Shown in pieces: positions 1-9,303 of a stretch of DNA of 64,000 nt. The position numbers and the translations under genes are program-made. The stretch's first letter is position 1. Every line of letters starts with the position of its first letter. The notes below the pieces were generated by a model. It was not told the DNA's origin and made no database searches. It saw only the letters and a list, made by a program, of their open reading frames with translations. Origin of the DNA: an uncultured Planctomycetaceae bacterium (GTDB taxonomy: Bacteria > Planctomycetota > Planctomycetia > Isosphaerales > Isosphaeraceae); the NCBI GenBank assembly GCA_963833985.1, contig CAWIAD010000002.1, positions 3,904,001 through 3,968,000 on the forward strand, read 5' to 3'.

Positions 1-842
1 AGCCGGTTCCGCAGGGTATCGGGTAGTCGCCTCTCGATGATTCGCTGGATCTGCTCGGGATGCAGCCGCGTGCTGAAGTGAGAGGCAATGATGATTTCGT
101 TCTCAAACCGTTCCGCGCGGGCCAGCAGATCATCCAGGTGGGTGTGGCCGAACTTGTGGATCAGCGCCGGTCGTTCATTCGGAGCCACGAACGTGAGCTC
201 CATGATCAGAATCTGCGCCTGGTAGACCTCAGGAAACGCATCCAGGCCCTGGGGTGCGGTATCGCCCATATAGGCCACCCTCGGCAGTCGGATCTCGGTC
301 GAGACCTCGACTCCCGAGAGCCGCAGGTCGCGGATCTGTTCCCCGCTGAGCGCGTGATACTCGGGCTTGAGCTTCTTGCGGCGTTCCCAGACAAGATAGC
401 CCAGAGACGGAATGGTGTGCCGGGTGGCGAACGCCTTCACCACCAGCTCACGTGAGAGTTGCACCTCTTCGCCGGGACTCAGGCCCACCAGCCGTGCGGG
501 CATTCCGCCGCGATCGAGCCTCTGCACGGCCCGGAGCAGCAGGTTGACGCCCTCCACCGCCTCGGCCGGCATGTACACCGTCGGAGGCTCCATCTTCATC
601 ATCCGGCGCCTGGCGATGAGGACGGGCAGGGCGGCGATGTGGTCCAGGTGCGAATGGCTCACAAACCAGCTTGGCGTGGTCATGAACGACCAGGGCTGCG
701 CGCCCAGATCGAAACCCAGCTTGAGCTCGGGAACCCGCCAGTAAGTTTGCACAGCCGCCCGCGAGTAGCCTTCCACCGTGAGCCCGTTGTGATGCAGGCT
801 GCGCACCGGTGCGTTGTCCACCGGGTGGTCCAGCGACTCCAC
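1..842 (-). CDS. MBL-fold metallo-hydrolase, RNase Z-like (3' end runs off the window)
   Basis: Manual minus-strand translation: ...GLTVEGYSRAAVQTYWRVPELKLGFDLG...VSHSHLDHIAAL (HxHxDH)...ERRKKLKPEY...YMGDT...HKFGHTHLDD...ASHFSTR. GTG start at 842 or 821. Confidence 0.8.
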   Translation of the reverse strand, partial: MESLDHPVDNAPVRSLHHNGLTVEGYSRAAVQTYWRVPELKLGFDLGAQPWSFMTTPSWFVSHSHLDHIAALPVLIARRRMMKMEPPTVYMPAEAVEGVNLLLRAVQRLDRGGMPARLVGLSPGEEVQLSRELVVKAFATRHTIPSLGYLVWERRKKLKPEYHALSGEQIRDLRLSGVEVSTEIRLPRVAYMGDTAPQGLDAFPEVYQAQILIMELTFVAPNERPALIHKFGHTHLDDLLARAERFENEIIIASHFSTRLHPEQIQRIIERRLPDTLRNR

Positions 843-973
843 GGACGATTCGATTTCCGTCGACAACACGAGGCTCCTGCACTGGGAGAGAATGCGATCC
901 TGGGCCGGACTCCATCAAGTATAATGCAGGTCCTGTGGCGGGCGATACTCGGCTCGAGCTGGGGAGAGGTCTT

Positions 974-2085
974 GTGCAGCTTCGTGCCATGGTCTTCGGT
1001 CCTGCTTATCTGGATCGAGTGCTCCGCGTCGACCGGCCTCTGACGGAGCGAACCCGCGGTCCGGCCATCGATCAGAGCGTGCAGGGCGATGCCGGGTTCA
1101 CGCGCGGAGAGACCCTCGCGCTCCTTGATGAGCGGGGGTTTCACCTCGAGATCGAACCTCCACCCGGCTGGCAAGGGCCAACGGGGAGAATCAAGATCCG
1201 GGGCCTTTCCGGCTCAACCGCGCACGAACGAAGAGCCGTCCGCGGCCTGAGCTGGAGCGACGACCTGGGCGGGATGGGAGCCGGATTTGCGCTGGCTCTG
1301 AACGGAACGCTGATCTCCGCGCTGGGGCCGCAGGAGGATCCGATCAGCCGGAAGATCGTCGCGCTGCTGGAGCAAAACGGAATCAGCCACCACGCGGTCC
1401 GCGTCCCCGACGCGCTGCGCCGACTGGACGCTGCTGGTGACCAGCGGTGAGCATGGTGACAAGCTACCGGTCGGCTTTCGCGGCTGTCACGCGGCGCTGG
1501 AGGCGCAGGCCTTCGATTGCTGGCTGCCGATGCCCTGCGATCTGCGCGTGGTGGCCGGGCTGCCGAACCGTCTCGCAGCGCGCATTCTCGCGGCCCCCGG
1601 CGCGGGCTGCCGTCTCTTCGCTCCGGCGCTGCGGAACATGATCGATCACGAGGTTCGCGTCTCCAGCTTCGCCGGCTCCATCGACGTGCTCTGCTGCAAC
1701 CGAGGCGAGTGGGAAACGCTCGATGACCGCGAGGAGGTGGCCTGGCGAGTCTCGATCCTGGTGGTCACCCATGGACCGTCGGGGAGCCGGGCGCGATTCA
1801 CGACACGCGAGGGCGAGCCCGGCGACGTCTGGGTGCCCGCGTTTCCCCGCGACAGGCCCCCGCTCGATACCAACCGGGCGGGTGAGTCGTTCGCGGCGAC
1901 GTTCATCGCCACGCTGCGATCCCGGGGCTGGCAGACGGCATCCGCCGTCGCGGACCCAGAGCCTCATTCGTTCGGCCATGCTCCGGGCCTCCGCTGCGGC
2001 CGCCTTGACTCTCGATCTACCCGGCTTCGGCTTCCCCACCCCCGAACAGGTTGATGCGGTGCTCGAGGCCGGACGGGTTACGTGA
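974..2085 (+). CDS. PfkB-family carbohydrate kinase, two frameshifts (~1415, ~1958)
   Basis: Three consecutive frames join: VFGPAYLDRVLRV...GGMGAGFALAL / DWTLLVTSGEHGDK...CNRGEW...VVTHG...DTNRAGESFAA / AAAALTL. PfkB C-terminal DT.xAG-like motif; GGAGAGG before GTG. Confidence 0.65.
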
Positions 2086-2092
2086 GGATCCG

Positions 2093-2138
2093 ATCGCGCC
2101 AGCGGCCCGTTCGCGCGCCATCGCGCCAGCGGCCCGTT
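2093..2138. repeat. 19-bp direct repeat x2 (ATCGCGCCAGCGGCCCGTT)
   Basis: Copies at 2093-2111 and 2120-2138, intergenic. Confidence 0.8.
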
Positions 2139-2268
2139 TGTTCCCGTCCCGCTCCTTCCCACGAAGAACCGTTCAAGCCGGCATAAACGTCAAGCCGATA
2201 ACTTTCTGTCTGACCGCTGGTCGGCAGGACGAGGATCGTGCCCCAGGAACTGGTGGGAGGTTCAAATC

Positions 2269-2775
2269 ATGAAGCGCGACCGTTCCCTCCGTTTCGATGA
2301 CCTGGAAGATCGGCGGTTGCTCTCGCATGTGCATGCCGCTCATGCCCTGTCCCGTGCCGCACGGCCGGCCGCCACGACGATCAGTCTGACCGGTACGCTC
2401 TCGGTGGACCAGAAGCCGACTGCCAGCACCACGATCTCCAATCCCGATGGCTCCACGACCACATACGTCGCGGTCACCGGGAATCTCGGAGGAATGGGCC
2501 AGGTGCACGGTATCTGGACCGAGAACACCGACTCGTTCGGTTACTATCAGGGCCCCGATACGCTGAACCTGCGGTCTGCCAGCGGATCGATCGTGCTCGA
2601 GTTCAACAACCAGAACACGACCAGCCCGAGGGGACGCGGTCCCGCGGTCTACCAGCATCGCGAGATCCTCTCCACCGGCACGGGAGCCTATGCGCACACC
2701 AGGGAGAGCGGGACCATCACGGTGACCACGAATGCCTCCAGAAACTCGGTGCTCACACTGACCATCCACTCTTGA
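2269..2775 (+). CDS. Planctomycete LEPR-XLL-motif exported protein, Thr-rich
   Basis: N-terminal LRFDDLEDRRLLS motif; beta-rich composition; GGGAGG RBS. Confidence 0.7.
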   Translation: MKRDRSLRFDDLEDRRLLSHVHAAHALSRAARPAATTISLTGTLSVDQKPTASTTISNPDGSTTTYVAVTGNLGGMGQVHGIWTENTDSFGYYQGPDTLNLRSASGSIVLEFNNQNTTSPRGRGPAVYQHREILSTGTGAYAHTRESGTITVTTNASRNSVLTLTIHS

Positions 2776-3155
2776 TCCGACCCGCCACGATTCCACCCGC
2801 GCGGAGATCACATCTTCGCCGGCAGCGCATGATGCCGCCGCTCACAGACCCTGGCTGGCGGCAATTCATCAGGACGTTCTCACCGGATCATCTTTCCGGT
2901 ACGGCTTGCTTCGCTTCGTGCCGGAGTGGGCCGTTCGACCTGAGACACGTGACGACCGCTTCTGCCGGCCTGCTCGCTACGTCCCCGAGAGTGGAGAGTC
3001 TGTGCCCGCACGGAAGGATGCGAAAGCTGGGCTGACTAATGCGCCGGCTTTCCATCGAATTGCTAGAAAAGTCACAAAATCATGGGGGGGTTGACCTTGA
3101 TCGATTCTCCGCAAGCGGCTTAGGATGAGCCGCCAACGCGACGGGGCGAGACTCG

Positions 3156-5264
3156 ATGCCTGCAACCGGAACCTGTCCTGTCGCGGCCACGGACCGAGGC
3201 CTGAACGAAATTCCATTCGTCGGAGGGTTGAGAACGCATGATCGCCAGCAGGGAGGGGGCGCTGGACAGAGGGCCGCGGATCATCTCGTGCATCGCCTGA
3301 CTTCACGCTGGAACCCTTCACCGGACGACCCTGTCGACGCGGCGCAGCAGCGTACCCGCAACTGGCTGCTGGAGCAGCAGAACGACGACGGCCACTGGGT
3401 TGGCGAGCTCGAGGGAGACACGATCCTCGAATCGGAATACGTGCTGCTGCTGGCGTTCCTGGGCAAGGAGTGCGAGCCTGTTTGCCGCGCGTGCGCCCGC
3501 TATATCCTGGATGCGCAACTGGAGAATGGCGGCTGGTCCATCTACCCGGGCGGGCCGGCGGAAGTGAGCGCTTCGGTCAAGGCCTACTTCGCGCTGAAGC
3601 TGGTCGGATACCCGCATGACGACCCGGCCTTGGTGCGCGCCCGCGAGACGATCCTCGAGCTCGGGGGCGCTCACGCCTGCAACAGTTTCACGCGCTTTTA
3701 CCTGGCGCTACTGGGTCAGATCGGTTATGACCAGTGCCCGAGCGTACCCCCGGAGCTGGTGCTCATCCCGTCCCGCTGGGGCTTCAGTCTCAGCGCCATG
3801 TCGGCCTGGACTCGCACCATCGTGGTACCGCTCTCCATCATGTCGCACTTCAAGCCGGTGCGCCGCATCGAGCCGGAGCGAGGCATCGGAGAGCTGTTCC
3901 TCGCGGGTGCGCCGGTCTCTCGCAGGCACACGGAGGGCTGGTTCTCCTGGTCGCGCTTCTTTCTGGGCGTGGACTCGCTTCTGAAATGGTCTGACCGGTG
4001 GGTTCCAGCGTCATGGCGCAGGCCGGGCCTTCGTGCCGCGCATCGCTGGATGCTCGACCACTGTGAGAACTCCGACGGTCTGGGCGCCATTTTCCCGCCC
4101 ATGATTTACACGGTCGTCGCGCTCTATTGCCTGGGATACCACGCCGATTCGCCCGAAATGACGTGGGCCTGGCGGCAGCTCGACGACCTGCGAATCGACG
4201 AGCAAGAGCGCACCCGGCTGGAGCCGTGCCTCTCACCGGTCTGGGACACAGCCATCGCCACGATCGCCCTGTCCGATTGCCGCCAGCCGGACGACGAGGC
4301 CGCCATCGGCCGCGCCGTCGCCTGGCTGCTCGACAAGGAAATACGCCACGCCGGTGACTGGCAGACGCGCCGGCCGGGCGTGGAACCTTCCGGCTGGCAT
4401 TTTCAGTACCGCAACGGGTTCTATCCGGACATCGACGACACCGCGATGGTGCTGATGGCGCTGCTGCGTTCGCCAGACGCGGACGACCCGGCCGCTCAGG
4501 AGGCCATCCGCCGGGGCACGAGCTGGCTGCTCGCCATGCAGAACCGCGACGGCGGATGGGCGGCGTTCGACGTCGATATCGACAACCAGGTTCTCACCAG
4601 GGTTCCCTTCGCCGACCACAACGCCATGCTCGACCCGAGCTGCGCCGATATCACCGCGCGGGTCATCGAGCTGCTGGGGACACTCGGTTACACACTTGAC
4701 CACCCCTCGGTGGCGCGGGGGCTCCAGTACCTCTGGAAGACCCAGGAGCCCCAGGGCTGCTGGTACGGGCGCTGGGGAGTGAATTACATCTACGGCACGT
4801 GGCAGGTCTTGCAGGGGCTCAAGGCCATCAGCCACCCCATGAAACACCCTGCGCTCTTGAAGGCGGCCGACTGGCTGGAGTCTGTCCAGCAGCCGTGCGG
4901 TGGCTGGGGAGAGACTTGCCGCAGCTATGACCAGCCAGAGCTCATGGGAACCGGCAGCCCGACCGCCTCTCAAACCGCCTGGGCGATCCTCGGCCTCCTC
5001 GCGGCCGGCAGAGCCTCCGGCGCGGCCGCCAGCCGCGGCATGAGCTACCTGCTCGAGACCCAATCGGCCGACGGCTCCTGGGAAGAACCCGAGTTCACGG
5101 GCACCGGTTTCCCTCGGGTCTTCTACCTCCGCTATCACCTGTATCGCGTCTATTTCCCGCTCATGGCGATTTCCCGATACCGTCAGGCACAGAGCTTGCC
5201 GCTCGGTCGATCAACCGCGGCGCTGGCGTGCCGGATTCCGGCTCAGCCCATGCCGCTGGACTGA
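3156..5264 (+). CDS. shc: Squalene-hopene cyclase
   Basis: YPDIDDTA (DxDD) motif, several QW repeats (QNDDGHW, QNRDGGW, QSADGSW), FTGTGFPRVFYLRYHLY. Exact start uncertain. Confidence 0.95.
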   Translation: MPATGTCPVAATDRGLNEIPFVGGLRTHDRQQGGGAGQRAADHLVHRLTSRWNPSPDDPVDAAQQRTRNWLLEQQNDDGHWVGELEGDTILESEYVLLLAFLGKECEPVCRACARYILDAQLENGGWSIYPGGPAEVSASVKAYFALKLVGYPHDDPALVRARETILELGGAHACNSFTRFYLALLGQIGYDQCPSVPPELVLIPSRWGFSLSAMSAWTRTIVVPLSIMSHFKPVRRIEPERGIGELFLAGAPVSRRHTEGWFSWSRFFLGVDSLLKWSDRWVPASWRRPGLRAAHRWMLDHCENSDGLGAIFPPMIYTVVALYCLGYHADSPEMTWAWRQLDDLRIDEQERTRLEPCLSPVWDTAIATIALSDCRQPDDEAAIGRAVAWLLDKEIRHAGDWQTRRPGVEPSGWHFQYRNGFYPDIDDTAMVLMALLRSPDADDPAAQEAIRRGTSWLLAMQNRDGGWAAFDVDIDNQVLTRVPFADHNAMLDPSCADITARVIELLGTLGYTLDHPSVARGLQYLWKTQEPQGCWYGRWGVNYIYGTWQVLQGLKAISHPMKHPALLKAADWLESVQQPCGGWGETCRSYDQPELMGTGSPTASQTAWAILGLLAAGRASGAAASRGMSYLLETQSADGSWEEPEFTGTGFPRVFYLRYHLYRVYFPLMAISRYRQAQSLPLGRSTAALACRIPAQPMPLD

Positions 5265-5362
5265 CCGGCCGGGACCGCACAACCCTCTCCGTGCCGCTCG
5301 TCCGCGGGCGCGACGGCTCCTCCCGAACATGGGATGTCTCTGAACTCTGGAGGTCAGGCTGC

Positions 5363-6364
5363 ATGCGATTTCCCCTGGAAATGACCACGCGGATCGCCGG
5401 CTACGTTGCCCGCAAGAAGGCAACGCGCACCGAGAAGTTCCCCATGGTCCTGATGCTGGAACCTTTGCACGCCTGCAACCTGACCTGTACGGGCTGCGGC
5501 CGCATCCGCGAGTACGAATCAACCATCAAGCAGAAGCTCACCATCCAGCAGTGCCTGGATTCCGTGGACGAGTGTGCCGCGCCCGTCGTCTCCATCTGCG
5601 GAGGCGAGCCGATGATCTATCCGGGCATCGGCGAGCTGACCGCGAAGATCCTGGAACGCAGGAAGGTGGTCTACCTTTGCACCAACGGTATGTTCATCCG
5701 TAAGAAGATCGCCGAGTTCACGCCGCAGCGCCGCTTCTTCTTCAATGTCCATCTCGACGGCCTGCGCAAGAACCATGACATCGCCGTGGAGCGCGAGGGC
5801 GTCTTCGACGCGGCCATCGACGGCATCAAGGCCGCCAAGGGGGCCGGTTTCCTGGTGTGCACGAACACCACGGTCTTCGCCGAGACCGACATGGCCGAGC
5901 TCGACGAGCTGTTCGCCTACCTGACATCGATCGGGGTCGACGGCTTCCTCATCTCGCCCGGATACAGCTACGCGGCCGTGGGATCCAAGGACATCTTCAT
6001 GACGCGGGACGACATCCGCACCAAGTTCCGGGCCGCAGAGGAGATGTTCCGCAAGTACAAGTTTTACTCCTCGCCCCTGTATCTCGAATTCCTCATGGGC
6101 AAGCGCGAGCTGGCCTGCACCGCCTGGGCCAATCCCACGCGCAACCTCAAGGGCTGGAAAGGCCCCTGCTACCTGATCACCGACACTCACCACGAGAGCT
6201 TCTCCGACCTGCTTCACAAGACGGACTGGGAGAGCTATGGGCCGGGCAACGACCCCCGGTGCGAGAACTGCATGATGCATTCGGGATTCGAAACCACGGC
6301 CGCGCTGGGGGTCAATGGCCGTCTCGGCGACACCCTGAAAATGGTGAAATGGCAGTTCATGTGA
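5363..6364 (+). CDS. hpnH: Adenosyl-hopene transferase, radical SAM
   Basis: LMLEPLHACNLTCTGCGRI (CxxxCxxC), KGPCYL, DPRCENCMMHSGFE; directly after shc. Confidence 0.92.
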   Translation: MRFPLEMTTRIAGYVARKKATRTEKFPMVLMLEPLHACNLTCTGCGRIREYESTIKQKLTIQQCLDSVDECAAPVVSICGGEPMIYPGIGELTAKILERRKVVYLCTNGMFIRKKIAEFTPQRRFFFNVHLDGLRKNHDIAVEREGVFDAAIDGIKAAKGAGFLVCTNTTVFAETDMAELDELFAYLTSIGVDGFLISPGYSYAAVGSKDIFMTRDDIRTKFRAAEEMFRKYKFYSSPLYLEFLMGKRELACTAWANPTRNLKGWKGPCYLITDTHHESFSDLLHKTDWESYGPGNDPRCENCMMHSGFETTAALGVNGRLGDTLKMVKWQFM

Positions 6365-6392
6365 GCCGCCCAGGCCCGTTCCACCACCCCGG

Positions 6393-7159
6393 ATGAGCGC
6401 CTCTGCCAATCAACCTCTGGCTCCCGCTCCCGTGCCGGCTGATGTCGGCATGGTGATGGCGATGAGCGTCGAGGCGGGTTACCTCTCGGACATCCTGACG
6501 CGTGTTCGCAGATACACTGCGAAGCGGCATCAGGTCATCGAGGGAGAGCTGGCCGGCAAGATCGTGGCCCTGGTCATCACGGGAGCCGGACGAGCTGCGG
6601 CACGGCAAGGGGCCGAACTGCTGATTGCGGGCCATCGCCCGCGGTGGATCGTCTCCGCCGGTTTCGCAGGCGCACTGGACCCCACACTTGCCCGGAACGA
6701 CCTGGTGCTTCCCCACGAGGTGACCGATCTCGAGGGTCGCTGCACAAGGACCTTTGCACCCATTCCCGATCTGCCCGCCTCGATCCGCACCCAGGCGCGT
6801 TTGATCACGGTGGATAAGGTGATCACAGGCTCTGCTCAGAAGGCAGAGTTACGAAGAATCCAGGGCGCGGACCTGGTGGACATGGAGACCTCGGCCGTTG
6901 CCGGGCTGGCCGCGGACCGCTCGCTCGGATTCATCTCGATCCGCGTGATCAGTGATGACGCCCGGTCCGAGCTGCCCGCTGAGGTGGCCGGATTGATCTC
7001 CAAGACCGGCAGTTACCGGGTGGCGCAGCGCTCCGAGCCATCTGGCAGCGGCCTTCCGCCGTGAAAGATTTCTGGAACCTGCATGCGCAGGCCCTGCAAG
7101 CCGCGGACCGTCTGGCTGCCTGCATCCGGCTCGTTCTCGACCGCCTGCCGCCGGCCTGA
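6393..7159 (+). CDS. hpnG: Nucleoside phosphorylase-like protein, probable HpnG; frameshift ~7022
   Basis: SAGFAGAL, VDMETSAVA and IRVISD motifs of the PNP/MTAN fold; follows hpnH. C-terminus continues in another frame to the stop at 7159. Confidence 0.7.
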
Positions 7160-7174
7160 GAGCAAGCTGGCGGC

Positions 7175-9226
7175 TCACTTCCCGGCCGATCGGAGGCTCA
7201 CCAGGTCCACCGGCTGATCAAAAGGCGCGCTCACCGGCTGGACGATGCTGAAGTCGTAGACGAGGCATCCGCAACGGCCCACGAAGAAGTTCCGGTTCTC
7301 GGCGACGTCGAGGTTGTATACCGGCTGCACGGCGTCGGGCTCGACGGACTCGACCCGGACGGTCCGGCCGACGGCTCGCACGGCGTCGCCCGTCTTCAGG
7401 TCCCTGGCCATGACCCAGCCCTGGCCCGCCTTCCAGAAGCGATGGATGCCCGTGGCGACGATCGTTTCGCCGGACAGGCGCAGCTTCAACGTTGCCGCCG
7501 GTTTGTTGTGGTGGATGGCGACAACGGGCCGGAACGACAGTGCGCCCGTGGTCGTGTTTTGCGAGAGCACGTCGTCGCCAACCTGCAAGGTCTCGATCGC
7601 CAGCGGCCCCTTGCTCGTATGGACCGGGGTGCCGACCGCGAAGCAGGCGGTGTGGACCGGGGGTTGATACTGGAACTGGAGCACCTGGGTGTAGGTCGGC
7701 CTGGCGGTGCTTTCCGGCGACTCGTACGCGTAGCCCAGCTCGTTGGTCCACCATTTCATCCAGGCTGGGCCGTCATTGCCGAAATCCTGGCCGGTCGAAG
7801 CGACCGCCAGAGGCAACACGCGGTCATTGAGCTGGCGGATCGCCGCATTCGTCATCTCGACGCTCTGCACGTCCTGCTGGAGCGTCTGGCGGGCCGCCCG
7901 CTCGAACTGGGCCTCGTCCAGCAATCGCAGCGCGATCTGTTGATCGCGCTGGATGCCGGCGAGCTGCGTATTCATGGCAAGGCCGGGCAAGCCCTGCGCC
8001 GCTGCGCCCCGCAACGCGGTGGCGTGCTGCCGGATGAGAGTCGCCAGCAGCACGGGGTTGTCTGAGACCGACTCGCCGAGCTGCTGGGCGGTCGCGGCGA
8101 GGCTCGCGGGCATCCAGCCGGCCCAGCCGGAGGCCAGCATCAGGTTGGGCACGGTGAACGGGTTGAAGGGAACGTCCGGAGTGAACAGCCGGGGAGGCAG
8201 CGTCCTGGGGTCGAATGCCTGGACCTGGTAGAGCCGCCGGAGGTTGAACCGCTCGCCCTCGACGAACAGGACGCCCTCGCTGCCGGGACCGCCCGTCGGC
8301 TGGACCTTGTACTTGAAGGGTGTGCGGATCAGGCTGAGCACGGTCGTGAGGAAATCGCGAGGATCGTGCCGCACGGCCGTCTCGATGGCCCGTCCCCGTA
8401 CCATGGGCGATGGTGCGAAGACCGCAAGGGCCGCCAGCGCCCGCGCAGCCGCGGGGGCGTCGATCTGGCCGAAAACCTGGCTCGCCAGGAGCTGGCAGTT
8501 CTCGTCGCCCTGGACGAATACCTCCCAGACGGCTGGCACGGCACGCGGGTCGCGAATCTCCGCCAGGCCCGTTTCCGCTCTTGTTCGCCTGGAGGCGGCC
8601 TTGCTGCCCAGGCCTTCGCGGTACTTTTCGAGGATCGGCTTCCAGTGCTTGGTGGCGAGTTTCTGAAGTTCGGCCTCGCTCCTGGCGGCCGCAAGTTCTT
8701 CCGGCTTCACCCACTGCTCGCCATGCTTCCTGTACCCCAGCTTCTTCCAGGCCGCGTCGCGCCGGGGGTCAAGCCGCACCACCGCACTGTAGTGGGCAAG
8801 GGCCTGGTCCTTCAGCCCCGCGTGCTCGCACCACTGCGCCAGCTTCCACTGGGCCTCGGGCCGATCGGGTGTGGCCGCTCGCCGTGTGAGGTACTCGCTA
8901 ACCCGTGCCTGGGCTTGCGGATCGTTCGAAAGCTCATTCCGCGCTTCCTCGGGCTTCTGCCATCGCCTGCCATTGAAGACCAGTCCCAGCAGCCCCCGCG
9001 CCGTGGCACTCTGGGGATTGATGAGAGTTGCCAGCATCAGGTGCTTGACGCGCTCGGCGGAGAGCCCGTGGGCCTCGCACCAGAGTGCCAGCTTGACGTG
9101 CGCGTCGGCGTCGCGCCCCACCTTCGCGCGGGCGGCCTCGTACGCGTCGAGGTCCGTTTTCGCCGTGGCCTGGTCGGCACCGGCGGCGGCAAGAACGCTG
9201 CAACTCAGCACCAGAATCGAGAACAT
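7175..9226 (-). CDS. Secreted helical-repeat protein with C-terminal HINT domain (paralog B)
   Basis: Signal peptide MFSILVLSCSVLAAAGA; two LA.WCE..GL repeats; HINT CFAVGT...ATGIHRFW...VYNLDV...VYDFS at ~7255-7645. Confidence 0.85.
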   Translation of the reverse strand: MFSILVLSCSVLAAAGADQATAKTDLDAYEAARAKVGRDADAHVKLALWCEAHGLSAERVKHLMLATLINPQSATARGLLGLVFNGRRWQKPEEARNELSNDPQAQARVSEYLTRRAATPDRPEAQWKLAQWCEHAGLKDQALAHYSAVVRLDPRRDAAWKKLGYRKHGEQWVKPEELAAARSEAELQKLATKHWKPILEKYREGLGSKAASRRTRAETGLAEIRDPRAVPAVWEVFVQGDENCQLLASQVFGQIDAPAAARALAALAVFAPSPMVRGRAIETAVRHDPRDFLTTVLSLIRTPFKYKVQPTGGPGSEGVLFVEGERFNLRRLYQVQAFDPRTLPPRLFTPDVPFNPFTVPNLMLASGWAGWMPASLAATAQQLGESVSDNPVLLATLIRQHATALRGAAAQGLPGLAMNTQLAGIQRDQQIALRLLDEAQFERAARQTLQQDVQSVEMTNAAIRQLNDRVLPLAVASTGQDFGNDGPAWMKWWTNELGYAYESPESTARPTYTQVLQFQYQPPVHTACFAVGTPVHTSKGPLAIETLQVGDDVLSQNTTTGALSFRPVVAIHHNKPAATLKLRLSGETIVATGIHRFWKAGQGWVMARDLKTGDAVRAVGRTVRVESVEPDAVQPVYNLDVAENRNFFVGRCGCLVYDFSIVQPVSAPFDQPVDLVSLRSAGK

Positions 9227-9303
9227 CGGAGACTCCTTGACCTGGAAACCGTGACCCGGCCGCCGGACCGATGATGGACTGTGCGGATCGGCTTGCTGTT
9301 CGC

